A program made the position numbers and the translations under genes. 64,000 bases of DNA from Laetmonice hystrix (taxonomy: Eukaryota): the NCBI GenBank assembly GCA_965235115.1, contig OZ249450.1:15004001-15068000 (forward strand), in the 5' to 3' direction. Below the pieces are notes generated by a model, which worked only from the letters and a program-made list of their open reading frames with translations, searched no databases and was not told the DNA's origin. Position 1 is the first letter of the stretch, and every line of letters begins with the position of its first letter. Below, piece after piece: positions 38,301 to 50,714 of this stretch.

Positions 38301-41300
38301 CAACTATTCCAACAGCGCCGCTATCTATGTTTGTGCTTTCCATGTATGTCCATCGATTAAGTCGCTAATGCGTTTTAGGTCGGTAGCATTATTGACTGTT
38401 ATTGGTTTTCTCAAAACATGTATTTTCCACCAAGTTGATAGAGGATGATGGAATATGACAAAAGCTCATATTTTTGCCAGTTTTAAGGTGTCCGATATTG
38501 TGAGTCCTATGTGGTAAATAATAGACCAATGTGATTAATGCTACCTCATTTGTTGCCTTTGACAATGTGATCTGAGAACGGATCAAACAAGGGTGCAGTA
38601 ACTCGTGCATGTGTCATGCACATTGGGATTCTTATCTTGAATGTATTTACATCCATGTCTTCCTCTTTGTCAAACTACCTTTACTTTTCAACTTCTACAG
38701 TTCAGAAGTCAATAGGCCTCGCCTCCCCAGCTCTGAATCCAACAATGCCTTTCCATTCAGGCCATTGTAAGAACGTCTTTACCCGACATCCATCGACTGG
38801 AGCTGGTCGGGTTTCGACTTGGAGCTCGCATGTTCTCTTCACGACTCGTCAGGACAATCGAGTGCCGTGTGGTAGGCCAAGGTAATGGCTTCCTCCAGTC
38901 CAGGGACGCCGCGTTTGTTTGTGGCGTTCACGGCAGCCCAATTGCGCCATTTTGCGCACGGCTCGTCCGATAATCACGCGTAGTAAAAGGCTGATTAAGA
39001 TTGTAGGTCAAGTGTAACCCGGCCGAATTGCATCTTTTGCGCTTTTCCCGTGAAATCCTTGCGAACGTCAATGAGGAGGTAATGAGGAGGATGGACAGGC
39101 TGGTTGGACTGCAGGACCGGTCTGCTAATGGCCAATGGAACCCGGGGTGGGCTGGGTTCAAGACTGGGCAAGCCGTGTCAAACGGGGACCACGTGCCAGG
39201 TACTTCACGCCGACATCAGCTATCGCTGGCATGTTAAAAAAAAGGAAGAAGAAGGAGAAAAAACGGCTCGCGGTTACCAGGGCTGGCTCCATGATACGTG
39301 GGGCCGCCTATATCGGCGAGCTGGGTACCAATAATATACCGTGTACTAACAGTAATGAATGTACTGGATGGGGGGGGGGGGGGTCGTAGAGGTGTAATGT
39401 CTTGGAATACCTACATGATATTCTTCTTGCATGTCATAATGTACCGTTGCTCTCTAACAACAAAGGGGAACAAGTAGCTCACTGCTGAGAAATTATCTTA
39501 AAGACCAAAATTAATCCTCTCGGAAAAAGAACCATAATCCGCCCACGCACGGAATTGTGCCTAGCCATTGCGAAATACTTCATAAGATTAGAGAGATACT
39601 GGCATGTAATCTACGAACTATCGATTAGCTGAGCTTCTTTAGTGACAGATCAACTATTCACACATGACTCGTTTGAAATTAGATTAGAGTATTGTATCAC
39701 CGAATTTTGCATTTACGAATGAGCCATGGATATAATAATGATATCGCTTCGGATGCAGGTCAAGTAAAATGCCGTCTCTTCTGTACAGCGGCAAAGGATT
39801 TTTTTATCCTAGACTGTAATATTCCGTCTGAAGGTTAAGAGAGAACATGAATAATCGCCTTAAGTATAGTAAATGGAGTGTTAGCACTTTCCTGTAAGGA
39901 AAAAGTCCCGAACGCGTGGGTGACGTGGGCAGTGCACAACATATCAATCAACGACCGCTTTTTGACCCCTTGCTTATTCAAGGCTGGTTTTACAACTAAA
40001 AGTGACTGGAGCACATCCTAGATATTATAAAATAAAATAAAAATAGTCCTGCCATTTTGAGTTTTTATTCTCTTGACCACTCCCGGATGTTTTGACCTTT
40101 CATGTGCCTTTGGGAAATTTATTGGGGGCGGTTCCCCCGCCTCGATTAACGCCGGGATCGTCATTTACAGAAATTGCCAACTCCTCGTTTCAATTTTCTG
40201 AAACGTCTACATTTCTGCAGAGTTTATCCACAGGGCAATAATTATCTTCTTCATTCGATCGCCATAAATCGTCGTTAATACATGCATCGAACGCCTATCC
40301 CGCATTATTCGTATAGTATTATTGGCTCTCGCCTTTCCAGAACAAGGGGATAACCCTTTTAGATAACCACTCAACATCTTCGAGAACCCAATCCTTGTGA
40401 GACTTCCCCCGGTTATGTTGCTGCCCTACCAAGTGTAGAACGCCGAATATGAAGTCGGAAAAATCAACATTACCTCTGTTTTGATATTAAACAGACAGGG
40501 TTGATCAAAGACGGAATTGACATTCGCCCGGAAACGGAGGGCATGGCAGGAATGCCTGACAGCAGCTGCTGGAAGGGCTGACAGTGAGAAGTCGGTGGGT
40601 TCCGTCAATATTTGGCAGACTGCTGACAAGGCAAAACAGGCTACTTCAGGTGGCTAGCCGCCCAATGTAATCACAATTATACTCGTATGAACCGTTTTAC
40701 TACAACAAATACTCCAATCAGGGTAGCCTCATCGAGGCATCTGCCTTCCCGCCAGCAAACCCACAGCCGGCCTTTTGGAGATAAACACTGGGAATGAAGA
40801 AGTCTCATTTTGTTGGTTCTTATATGGTGGTTAGGTCCGTCTGGCGCCAAAATAAAAGAACCCCAATTGCTGTACAACATGGGAATGAGAGCGATAACAC
40901 CCCAAGGAGTCACACGTGGGCCGTACCGAACAATGAGCGCCCGAGTCAGCTAAGCAAATGCTTTAATGAACACAGATAAAGATGGGCTGTGGGTTCGGTA
41001 CTTTGCCTCCACAGCGCCATTCAATTAGACATTGTGCTCTGCCAATTGGCTAATCCTAGAATGTTGAACTAACAAAGGGGCCGTCTACAGTGCAGGAGAT
41101 CCTTGTCACAGAGCTGGGCGTTATGTTTGGGTTGGTTAAGGGGTTTATTGCCGCCAGGAGACCGGTATCGCCTGTCCTCCTTCAATGCCACTGCCTTGGG
41201 GAGCTCCTGACTGGGAGAACAACCGTGACTTGGTGCAAGGTTTCGAAAGTTTTAAGTTAACAAGCTTTTATGTATGCTCGACGAAATCGACTTTTTTCGA

Positions 41301-42322
41301 TATTTGGAAGATATCTGTGATATAGAAAAAACTATCCCATTGAGTTATTATCCTAAAATATGCTTTGCATTTACAAAAGTCTCTGGAATGGAAAACAACT
41401 TTAATACTCTACACATTCTGAATGTACGACTTTATGCGGGCTCACCAAACCCATCACACGACTGCACAATGTATACATCTGACATATTTCGATGACCTTT
41501 AATGTCGAACAAATAAATAAGATAAAAAAAACCCTAATCTTTACGAGTGAAGCTCCCCACTAAAGATGCCCGATCAGTCAATGTAGACCATGTGCGCCTC
41601 AGAAAGGTTTTATTAAAGGTGCCAGCCAGCATGATAATCCCAGTGTGTACGATAGACGCCTCCAGTTTTGGGTTACACTTTCCTAACTTCAAAAGCATGG
41701 ATTCCATTGATTACCGATAGAGACGCGGGAATTGCGGGATATGAACTTGTCGTGGCCGCTGACATAGCCACATGACGATATCCGCCACATCTGGACGAAC
41801 GCCACCCATTCACAGCAACAAGCCGATAGGAGATGACAGCGCATGCGTAAAGAATCGCTCCGCGCCGCCTTCAGTGAGACTGAGCCAGGTGGTCGGCGAT
41901 CTGTGACGTCAGCGGAGCTGCGTTCGTTTCGAGTGACAGATCATTTTGGCTGTGGGATCGCCTCGGCAGAAGCAGTAACAGACGACATCGGAACATTATT
42001 TTCCCATCACTGGTTTAATCTTTAATAGCCCCTTTAGCGGACTACATCATGACAGGTACATGCCAAGCTGATTGAGAATCAAGCAATTATCGATCGCTAT
42101 ATATGACTTCTGTACTTGGATTTACGGAGCAGATACTCTAATGAGAATTAAGAAATATAGGTCAACAGGGATTTGAAAGGAAGGTCGAAAAAAAAAGATG
42201 TAGCTGCTCCAAAAACCTCACACCTGTACAAGGAGACTCGGAGACCCATATAACGCATACTTGGAGATTTCGTTCATCAACCAATAATTGGCAGGCATGC
42301 GTAGCTGCTTCAAGGAAGGGTG

Positions 42323-43517
42323 TGTTCCGGCTAGATACGCCCGAACGGCTAGTTATGTCCGATAGGAGATATGTCCGCAAACATTAGCTAGATGTGTCAG
42401 CTGACATTTGTCAGCTCATTTAGCTGACATTTGCGGACATATGTGGATTATCCTCTAGATTGCGCCTATATAAAACTGACCACCAGATGGCAGCATCCAT
42501 TACATATACCACCAATACCTGCAATGTGGCTATTGAGGTAATACAGGTGACGTATTTTGGAGGGACAAGAAACCGAGGTACATTAGCCCTGGACAATAGA
42601 AGCCACTGAACCGTGACACGACTCCGCCAATAGCGCCATGCTGTTCCCCTCCAAATGACGTCACTGCATAACCTCTATTGACGCTTGGTGTCACCTTCGT
42701 CTATAGGACGTTGGCATGGGTGGTTGTTGCCTGCATGTGTACAAGTTTCTTTGATTTTCACTAAACCAAATGTTAAGAATCAAGACAAAATGCATTTTAA
42801 AAGTATGCTTAAATGTTTACCTACAACGTGCACTACCTTAAGGTTTGTGATTTCGCTGAGATATAGTTTAACATCCTGATCAACCCCTGTGCTGTGTCTG
42901 TGTCACACCTGTTCTGTGGTACCCGACCAACAGGGTGTGTATATAAAGCAATTAGTAATACTGTACAACTGTCTAGGAAAGGCGAGACTAGGGTCTCCAC
43001 GTTCGGTCGAAGTCTGGAAACAGACGCTGTTGAAAACCTGACAGTACGAAGAGGTCGGCTCGGTTGGTGTCCACGAGGGAGAGGTGAGGGTGTAACTCGA
43101 AGATCCGTGGACAACTCTTCTAAAAGGGATCTAGAATTAGAACCCGTACCCCGTCAGTGTGCTCAATCTGCGGCAAGGTTCCAAACCAGTTGACTCTCAA
43201 TGGGCTATCGTGTGTCTCCAGACGCCAGATACGAACGTTAGGACTTGGACCCCGAAGAGTCAGACCAATCCCTGATTTTTTTAGTTGTTCTCAATTTTTC
43301 TTGCTCTCGCCTGCCATTCATCAGGATCTGGGAGGGGCCGAATAAGCCGAAATAATGTGGCCTGTCACCAAAACGATGAACATAACTTTCCAAATGTTCA
43401 AGGTTTTTTTTCGGACATTTGCGGACATATCAATTTCTCCGGACACATCTAGCTCATGGTTGCGGACATATCTCCTGTCGGACATAACTAGCCGTTCGGA
43501 CATATCTAGCCGGAACA
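42323..43517. mobile_element. About 1.2-kb non-autonomous element bounded by 76-bp inverted repeats
   Basis: 42323-42398 (TGTTCCGGCTAGATACGCCCGAACGGCTAGTTATGTCCGATAGGAGATATGTCCGCAAACATTAGCTAGATGTGTC) aligns ungapped with the reverse complement of 43442-43517, with few mismatches. The CGGACAT motif is reiterated. Confidence 0.8.
42480..42495 (+). promoter_or_regulatory. CTCF-like motif inside the TIR element
   Basis: CCACCAGATGGCAGCA matches the CTCF core. Confidence 0.45.
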
Positions 43518-44872
43518 GGACCTCTATAATGATACAACTATCTACATAACTGTAGATTGAGTAAGACAGAACCACACCATCTGAAAGAACAGTCATCGGT
43601 AAATTAGGATATTGAAATAAAATAAATACCGCAAGGGTACAGAGTAACATTTCTGCGCTACGCGCACACACAACCCCCACCCCCTCTGTAAAGGGGATTT
43701 CCTCCCCACCCCCCACCACCACCATCACCACACCCCCAGCACTGCTACGAGGACCACAGGTCAGACTGCCTGGGACTTCGTGTAAAACACAACCGCCCTG
43801 ATTACATTCCCGCCATCTGTAATGGAATCTACCTGTAGAATGTAAAATGTCCTATCCGGAAACCTAGGCACGCATTCATAGGAGGACGGGCCTAGCGGCA
43901 CTAGGCCGGGGCGGCGTCACAAGGTCTTAAAGTAACCAGAACACTCACAGAACTACGCTATAGTTTCCACATGTAATTCGAATCCAACGACAACGAATGC
44001 ATCGCCAATTTACATACTGAATTGCGACCAATCTGACTTTCCCACTGTTCTATCCTTATGTTGTCAGCCGCTCATTATGAAATTCGATCTACAGTCAGAC
44101 AAGCAGTTGATCATGGCGACAAATTTTTCCAAGGCTCCTACCAAGAAAGCGCCTTGAAAATGCTGATCTGCGACTCCAAAACGCCAGTTGAACGAACGGC
44201 TTGCAGATACTAGAGAAACATCTGAATGAAGCTGTAATCGTGGCGAGAGGGGTTGAGGGTTGAGCGGGTTGTTGTGTCCGAGGCTATATACCTTGAAACC
44301 TTTCTTCCCCTGAGTCTACTCTCTTTATGTACTGCAATAATTCAACCTCTCAGGCAGCAATTGCCAACCAGGCGGGACGCTGGGAGTACGGCGGAATTCG
44401 ATTTCCGATGTATTCTTTGTCCAAGAGTGGATTCAGCGGGAACGGCCTCTCTACTTCACCCAACTCTCGCTGTCTCTGTATGTCTCTCTCTCTCTTTCTC
44501 CCTCGCTCTTTTTTTCTATAAGATATTATTCTATCTTGCTTCAGAATAATCGGGTCTCATTTACCGTTTCCACAGCAACATGCACATATAGCTCTCGACA
44601 ACTGCTTTGCATGAATTCTGGATGCCCCACCAAAAGAACCTGCACTGGTTGGTCGGGTAGGATTGCGTGTAGACCTGGGACGTGAAATGTCAAGTTGTCT
44701 CAAGTAGTTAACCTAATAGCCATGAAATAAACAAGTTAGCCTCGCTCTGATTGAGAGCTCTTCCACTGGAGACCTGAAAGGTGGAATTTGCTCCACTGCT
44801 GACTGGACGTTATCATGACCTTTAGATCAGGCGTATCTCACGGTCGTTCTGACCACAGACGCAGGACGCAGA

Positions 44873-45039
44873 CAACGGGCGGAATATGGGGTCAGCAGCG
44901 AATCGCGGAGGGAGGGGGTTAATTCGAACCCTCTCTTGCCAACCAATTTTTCCTTTTTCTCCCACAGAACTTTCTGAAATGTTCATGGTGACCCCCCCCC
45001 CCCCTTTCGTCCTTTGGCAAAATCCTGGATCCGTCCCTG
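44873..45039. mobile_element. Short element of the CAGGGGCGGATCCAGG-terminus family
   Basis: Right end CCTGGATCCGTCCCTG, degenerate left end CAACGGGCGGAATATGGG, with internal G/C runs as in the related copies. Confidence 0.4.
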
Positions 45040-47017
45040 GGTTGGTGTATGGGTTTAAAGGTAACATCCAAAGATTGACACCGGTTTGTATCTACTAGAG
45101 ACTAACTGGTCCTAGCTGTTCCTGCTCAGGCACAAGCTGTTCTACACGACCTCAATGTCGAGGAAATAAAACGACGCGATGCCGGTTCACGAGGTCTAGG
45201 AACACGATTGTGAACATTGCTCGGGAATGGTTTGTCGACGAGGAAACTCATGTGAATACTTATAATTATTATAAGTCATGACTACATTTTACCTTACGGA
45301 CTGTTCACCGTATTTGTCAAGGTGTAACATTGTAGCAGGTGGTGTGAGAACACCTCCTCCGATGGAATCCTAGTGGTCATTCCAACGCCCCCTCCAGTCT
45401 ACCTTAACGTACCCTGGGATGCTAGCGGCAAGTTCCATTACCAAGTCTCTTGGGGCGACAAGCGAGCCAAATTTCGCCACTTGGATTCGATTATGGCCAT
45501 GATTATAGGGAATTCCATTAGGCAGGACCCAAGCAACAAGGCCCCCGACTCACGTCACACCTACTAACCGGGTAAGGTATGTCGTCCTTTTCCATGTAAG
45601 CGACCTTCACCTGACTGAAACAGCTTCCTGCTATCCTTTCCCACTCTCAACTCGTTACAATTCAACGCCCGCTCAATGTATTTATCGATGCTAAATTTGA
45701 TTAATGGAAAGACGAGAGAAAGTCCTTTGGGGGCAGGGCCGGGCGCTGCGCAAATGATGGCGAGATACGCTGGAGATACGACTCGGCCTAGTGGGCCTGG
45801 TATCGTGTTCATCCTAGCCAAGGGAACACTGAGCTTGACAAGATAAAATCCCCCCACAGGTGCCCCCCCCCCCCCCCCCGAAACAAACCGCCCATTGCCC
45901 GCCTTTTTCATGTGAGAAGTGTCTTACCTGACCTGGATGTCGACCATTTCCTGACTCGGGCACTCCACACCGTGCCGTTTCTTTGATTTCTCTCCCACTG
46001 GTTTTATGGTATAGGTGAGACTAAGACTGCACAATATGAACACGTCAACTACCTATATACCCCAGTCCCAGGGGGTGGGTGATGATGAGGATAAAGAGAG
46101 AAAGAAACCTGGCACTGGAAGGCAATCCCCTACTCATATTGAAATATGGCAAGGGTTCAAGGGCAAGGGCTCAACATACCAAAGCCTTTAATGACCCAGT
46201 TGCGGAGCACTGGGGAGGGTCAGTGAGAAAAATGGTAGGCCTACTGGAAGGATGGAAATCCATCTATGCCATGCAGATGACTTTGCAATCCGACAGTCAA
46301 CCACTTCCCCACACCAGCCCTCGCCCCATTTATCGCCTTTTACGAACACCCAGGGGTTGAGCTGATGATCATTCTTGCCACTCATCCCTAAGAGGGTGGT
46401 GAAATGATGAGTAACTGATAAATGGAAGCTCAACCTTCCTGACCGGTGTCCTTCCCATAGTACACTTAGATCCTAGCGTTGACTCCATGGTAGATCCACG
46501 CCGGGACCGATACCGCCACCTTACATCACCAGAGAAGTACGGCCTCAGAAACCCACGTCCATATATTTTACTGACACTCTTATTGATATTAGCATCATCA
46601 TCAGATCTTCACATCAAAGGACCGACGTGATGGCAGGCCTTATCAGAGCCCTCTACCGGTGCACCAGGTACTAATAGTCCGTGCATCCGACGCCACTGGG
46701 ACATTTTGAAGCGTCAGAAGAAGTGACTAAAAAGGTAGCGACAATAAAGGAGGCTCTTTGGCGGTGTCACCGAAAGATTCCTCCCAATTTATTCATTTTG
46801 ATTGCTGCATTCTCTCCAACAAACGACTGAACGTATCGGAGAGAGATGTTCAAATTGGTTCTTGCCAATTGCGGCAGGGAATGTCAGCTGTCTTTACATA
46901 GGCAGCGGCAGGCTTGGGTGGGGGTGGGGGTGGGGGTGAGATGACACGTGTCTGGAGTGGTAGGTTCGGGTATACTCCACCTCCACGGTCAGGATAGATA
47001 CCGTCCGACCACAGGGT

Positions 47018-47445
47018 GTCGTTATAACACCCTAACACTGACGTCATTAAACACCCTAACACTGACCTCATTATAACACCATGACACTGGCGTCGTTATA
47101 ACACCATGCATGGCACTGACGTCGTTATAACACCCCAACACTGGCGTCGTTATAACACCCTAACACTGACGTCATTAAACACCCTAACACTGACCTCATT
47201 ATAACACCATGACACTGGCGTCGTTATAACACCATGACGCTGACGTCGTTATAACACCCTAACACTGACGTCATTATAACACCATGGCACTGACGTCGTT
47301 ATAACACCATGGCACTGACGTCGTTATAACACCCTAAGACTGACGTCATTATAACACCATGACGCTGACGTCGTTATAACACCATGACGCTGACGTCGTT
47401 ATAACACCATGACACTGACGTTGTTATAACACTGTAACACTGACA
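47018..47445. repeat. Minisatellite, 25-bp unit, about 17 copies
   Basis: Unit ATAACACCATGACACTGACGTCGTT. Four units carry TGACGTCA. Confidence 0.96.
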
Positions 47446-47818
47446 TTGTAACTAAACAATAAACCATGCGCAGGTCTATATGTCCGCTCCGATTCCTCCA
47501 ATCCTGTAAAAGCATTCTCCTGACGCATGTCAAATTTGCGTCTTTTGGGGACAATTTCGGTACAAAAAGGAGTCATATCCTTCATGGATGCAACTTTGGT
47601 TGGAAATGTTTGGAGAATCTCCACCCTCCTTGAGATATTTCTTCCCCAGGAATGTGGTGCATTGTGGTGACATTTCTCCGTATTTGACCAAATCAGTGGA
47701 GCTAATTGGATGACCCGACGAACAGAAATTCTCCTTCGGCCGGCTCGCCATCTGTGTAATATACACTCAGGATGACACAATAGTGATTCTCAGAATGACA
47801 CACGCACAGTTAAACCGA

Positions 47819-48372
47819 CATGTTCCATATCATATAATATGGGGAATCATATGTTCCATATCATAAAATATGGGGAATCACATGTTCCATGTTATATAAT
47901 ATGGACAATCACATGTTCCATATCATATAATATGGGAAATCACATGTTCCATATCATATAATATGGGAAATCACATGTTCCATATAATATAATATGGACA
48001 ATCACATGTTCCATATCATAAAATATGGGGAATCACATGTTCCATGTTATATAATATGGGCAATCACATGTTCCATATCATATAATATGGGAAATCACAT
48101 GTTCCATATCATATAATATGGACAATCACATGTTCCATATCATAAAATATGGGGAATCACATGTTCCATGTTATATAATATGGACAATCACATGTTCCAT
48201 ATCATATAATATGGACAATCACATGTTCCATATCATATAATATGGGCAATTACATGTTCCATATCATATAATATGGGCAATATATGGCAATCATGTTCCA
48301 TATCTATGGACAATCACATGTTCCATATCATATAATATGGACAATCACATGTTCCATATCATATAATATGGG
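47819..48372. repeat. Minisatellite, 31-bp unit, about 17-18 copies
   Basis: Unit CATGTTCCATATCATATAATATGGACAATCA, with a CCATAT/ATATGG inverted core. Confidence 0.97.
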
Positions 48373-50439
48373 GTATCACACAAAGATAGGTCAAGATTGT
48401 AACTGTAACGTGAATGGATGCGATGGCCAATTATTATTAAAACCAACGTTGAAAGCCTCCCATTCAACGGCGCAGATCAGAAACTGATATTCATCTCTGA
48501 AAGCTTTAAATGAAGCAAGAAGTAAGAGGCAGCTCGCCTGATTCTTGTGATACCAGAGAAACGGCAAACGTTGTTATAATACTGCATCAATTAGATTGCT
48601 CTTAGTTTTCACACATGCCCGAAAAAGAAGTCGGCTGCCAGGTAAATTGCCTGCCGCACGAAATTTGATTAATCTGAACAGAATTAGCGAAGCGTATTAA
48701 TACGGACACAGGCATCAACAGAATAATAAACTACTGTACGCTTTAAATACATGAAGTTGGGCTCGGCTGTGAAAAATTTAATCTTGTTGCTAATCAAACT
48801 GGCTCGGCTCTCGTATAACGTGAAACTTTTAGTACGCACTCTGCCTGGGTCATTATGATGTACATGTCATTGTCATGTACGTTAACACAGACGACACCTG
48901 GATGGATTGCTGAGTTCTTGCCTTTATAAATACATTTTGATATTTAATACTACGGCTGTGTGATGGCAATATGATAATAGAGTTCACGTTTTGTAATCGA
49001 TTGTAACCAGAACCAATGTAGCGATATTGATATCAGCCGCAACATTGCTGTAGTCTGATGGCTCGGTTTGTGTGCAGTTACATTGACCTCCACAATCCCT
49101 CCTCACCGGGACGTGTGGTAGATCATGTGGGATGACTGAGGATCGTGTGTGTGGGTGGGAGGGGGGGGGTGGGTGTGTCCACACGTGTGTGGGTGACGTG
49201 GTGGTGAGCAATCACGTGACCTTCATGTCGATACTTATATCCAGGACCCCGAGGTGCAGTGCAGTGGGATGTCAATAGAAAAGCCAGGTGAAGACATGAG
49301 TGCAGGCCAGTTCTCGGATGGGTAGGCCGGGGGGTGGGGGTGGGGGGGGGCAGTCAGACTGGTGCCGGGGTCTCCTCCACGGCCGGCCGGGGAGTGGGCG
49401 GGCGGGAGGCGGGAGGCGCAGTATCCGGCCCTCCGTCCGTCCGTGTCGGCTGTCGGTAACTCTGACGGGGCGCAGGGTAACACAGCCCGGCAAACATCAT
49501 TCACGACTGGCCCCGCCAGGAGACTGCGTGAGAAAGGCTGCTGTCTTGTGTCGGGTTAGAAGATCTCGCCACCCCGGATCGTGCCATCGCATGTGGCCCC
49601 AGTGTATGCACAGCATAATGATCCGAGTCCGATCCTTGCATGTCTCCCATGAGAGTCTGTCTGGCTACCTAGTCTACTCAATTAGACAGTACGCGCAAAT
49701 GTCACGTGCACCGCCCCACGTACATACACATACGGTACACTCCCCATACTAGCAGTTATTGTTCCTGTGAAACTTTATAACATTCTCCCCGAGAAGACAA
49801 ATACTGCATTATGTTCGGTCTTTCAACTTGATCTAATGCAGTCACCAAAATGGAGCGGTATTGACGCTGCATTATCTAAAGTTCGCTCAGCCATCTCACT
49901 ATTTCAGAACCGGAAACGGAAACAATGAAACTGTTTCCTTGCCTATTGATCCATAGTTGTACTTGGGTTATAACTAATCCACTTTGGTGCCAGGAAATCA
50001 TTCCAATAAACCTTAAATCTTGTAGAGTCGAGATATAGGCCTACAATGATGATTATAGGTATCACGGTGCAAAATAAAAACATGCAAAACCATGCAGCGT
50101 GCAGTGCAATCGGATTGACAACCTTCCAATTCTAGACCCATGCCATTTGCTGATTGGTTTCCTTTTTGCCCCCTTTCTTACCAATCCTCACTGGCGCACA
50201 ACCAAGTCCGTTCGTTATTTAGCACGGGAAGCGTGGCCGACATGACAATCAAGATCCGTAATATTTGGAGAGGAAGGAATGTGAACCATTCAGAGAACCC
50301 ATTGCCTTGTTTGAACCGCTCTCTGTTCCTGGTGCTATTATTAGCTATTGTCTAGGGCCCTGGAATAATGTCAGTAGCGAGTAGCATCATTGATAAATGA
50401 TCTCGAATGAATTAGCAGAAAATCAACGTGACGGAGGTC

Positions 50440-50714
50440 TGCGCATGCGCATCATTCTATAGACTGATTTCTACTTGTAGATCGACCAATCAGAACGTAG
50501 CATTTTACGAACAGACTCATGACGTCACTCATTTTATTCGAATATAATTTGGCTTATACATTTTTTATGAACCAAATATATCGTTGCAAATTAACATTTA
50601 CGATGGGATTTTGTTGCAGACACTGAGCTACAGAAAACCGATCAAACATTTAATGAGAAGCGAAGGAGTTCCAGGACACGACACGCAGCACTGAAAGGGC
50701 CAAGCGACTTCCGG
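50440..50714. promoter_or_regulatory. Housekeeping-type promoter motif cluster (NRF1, CCAAT, CRE, ETS)
   Basis: TGCGCATGCGCA 50440-50451, GACCAATCAG 50484-50493, TGACGTCA 50520-50527, ACTTCCGG 50707-50714. Confidence 0.5.

Noticed and set aside
38740-38800. BIR-like RVKTFLQWP on the minus strand
   Set aside because: The zinc-binding Cys/His residues and AGF motif of BIR domains are missing.
46266-46290. RT-like HADDFAI
   Set aside because: Isolated match. The upstream RT motifs (QG, KAFD) are absent.
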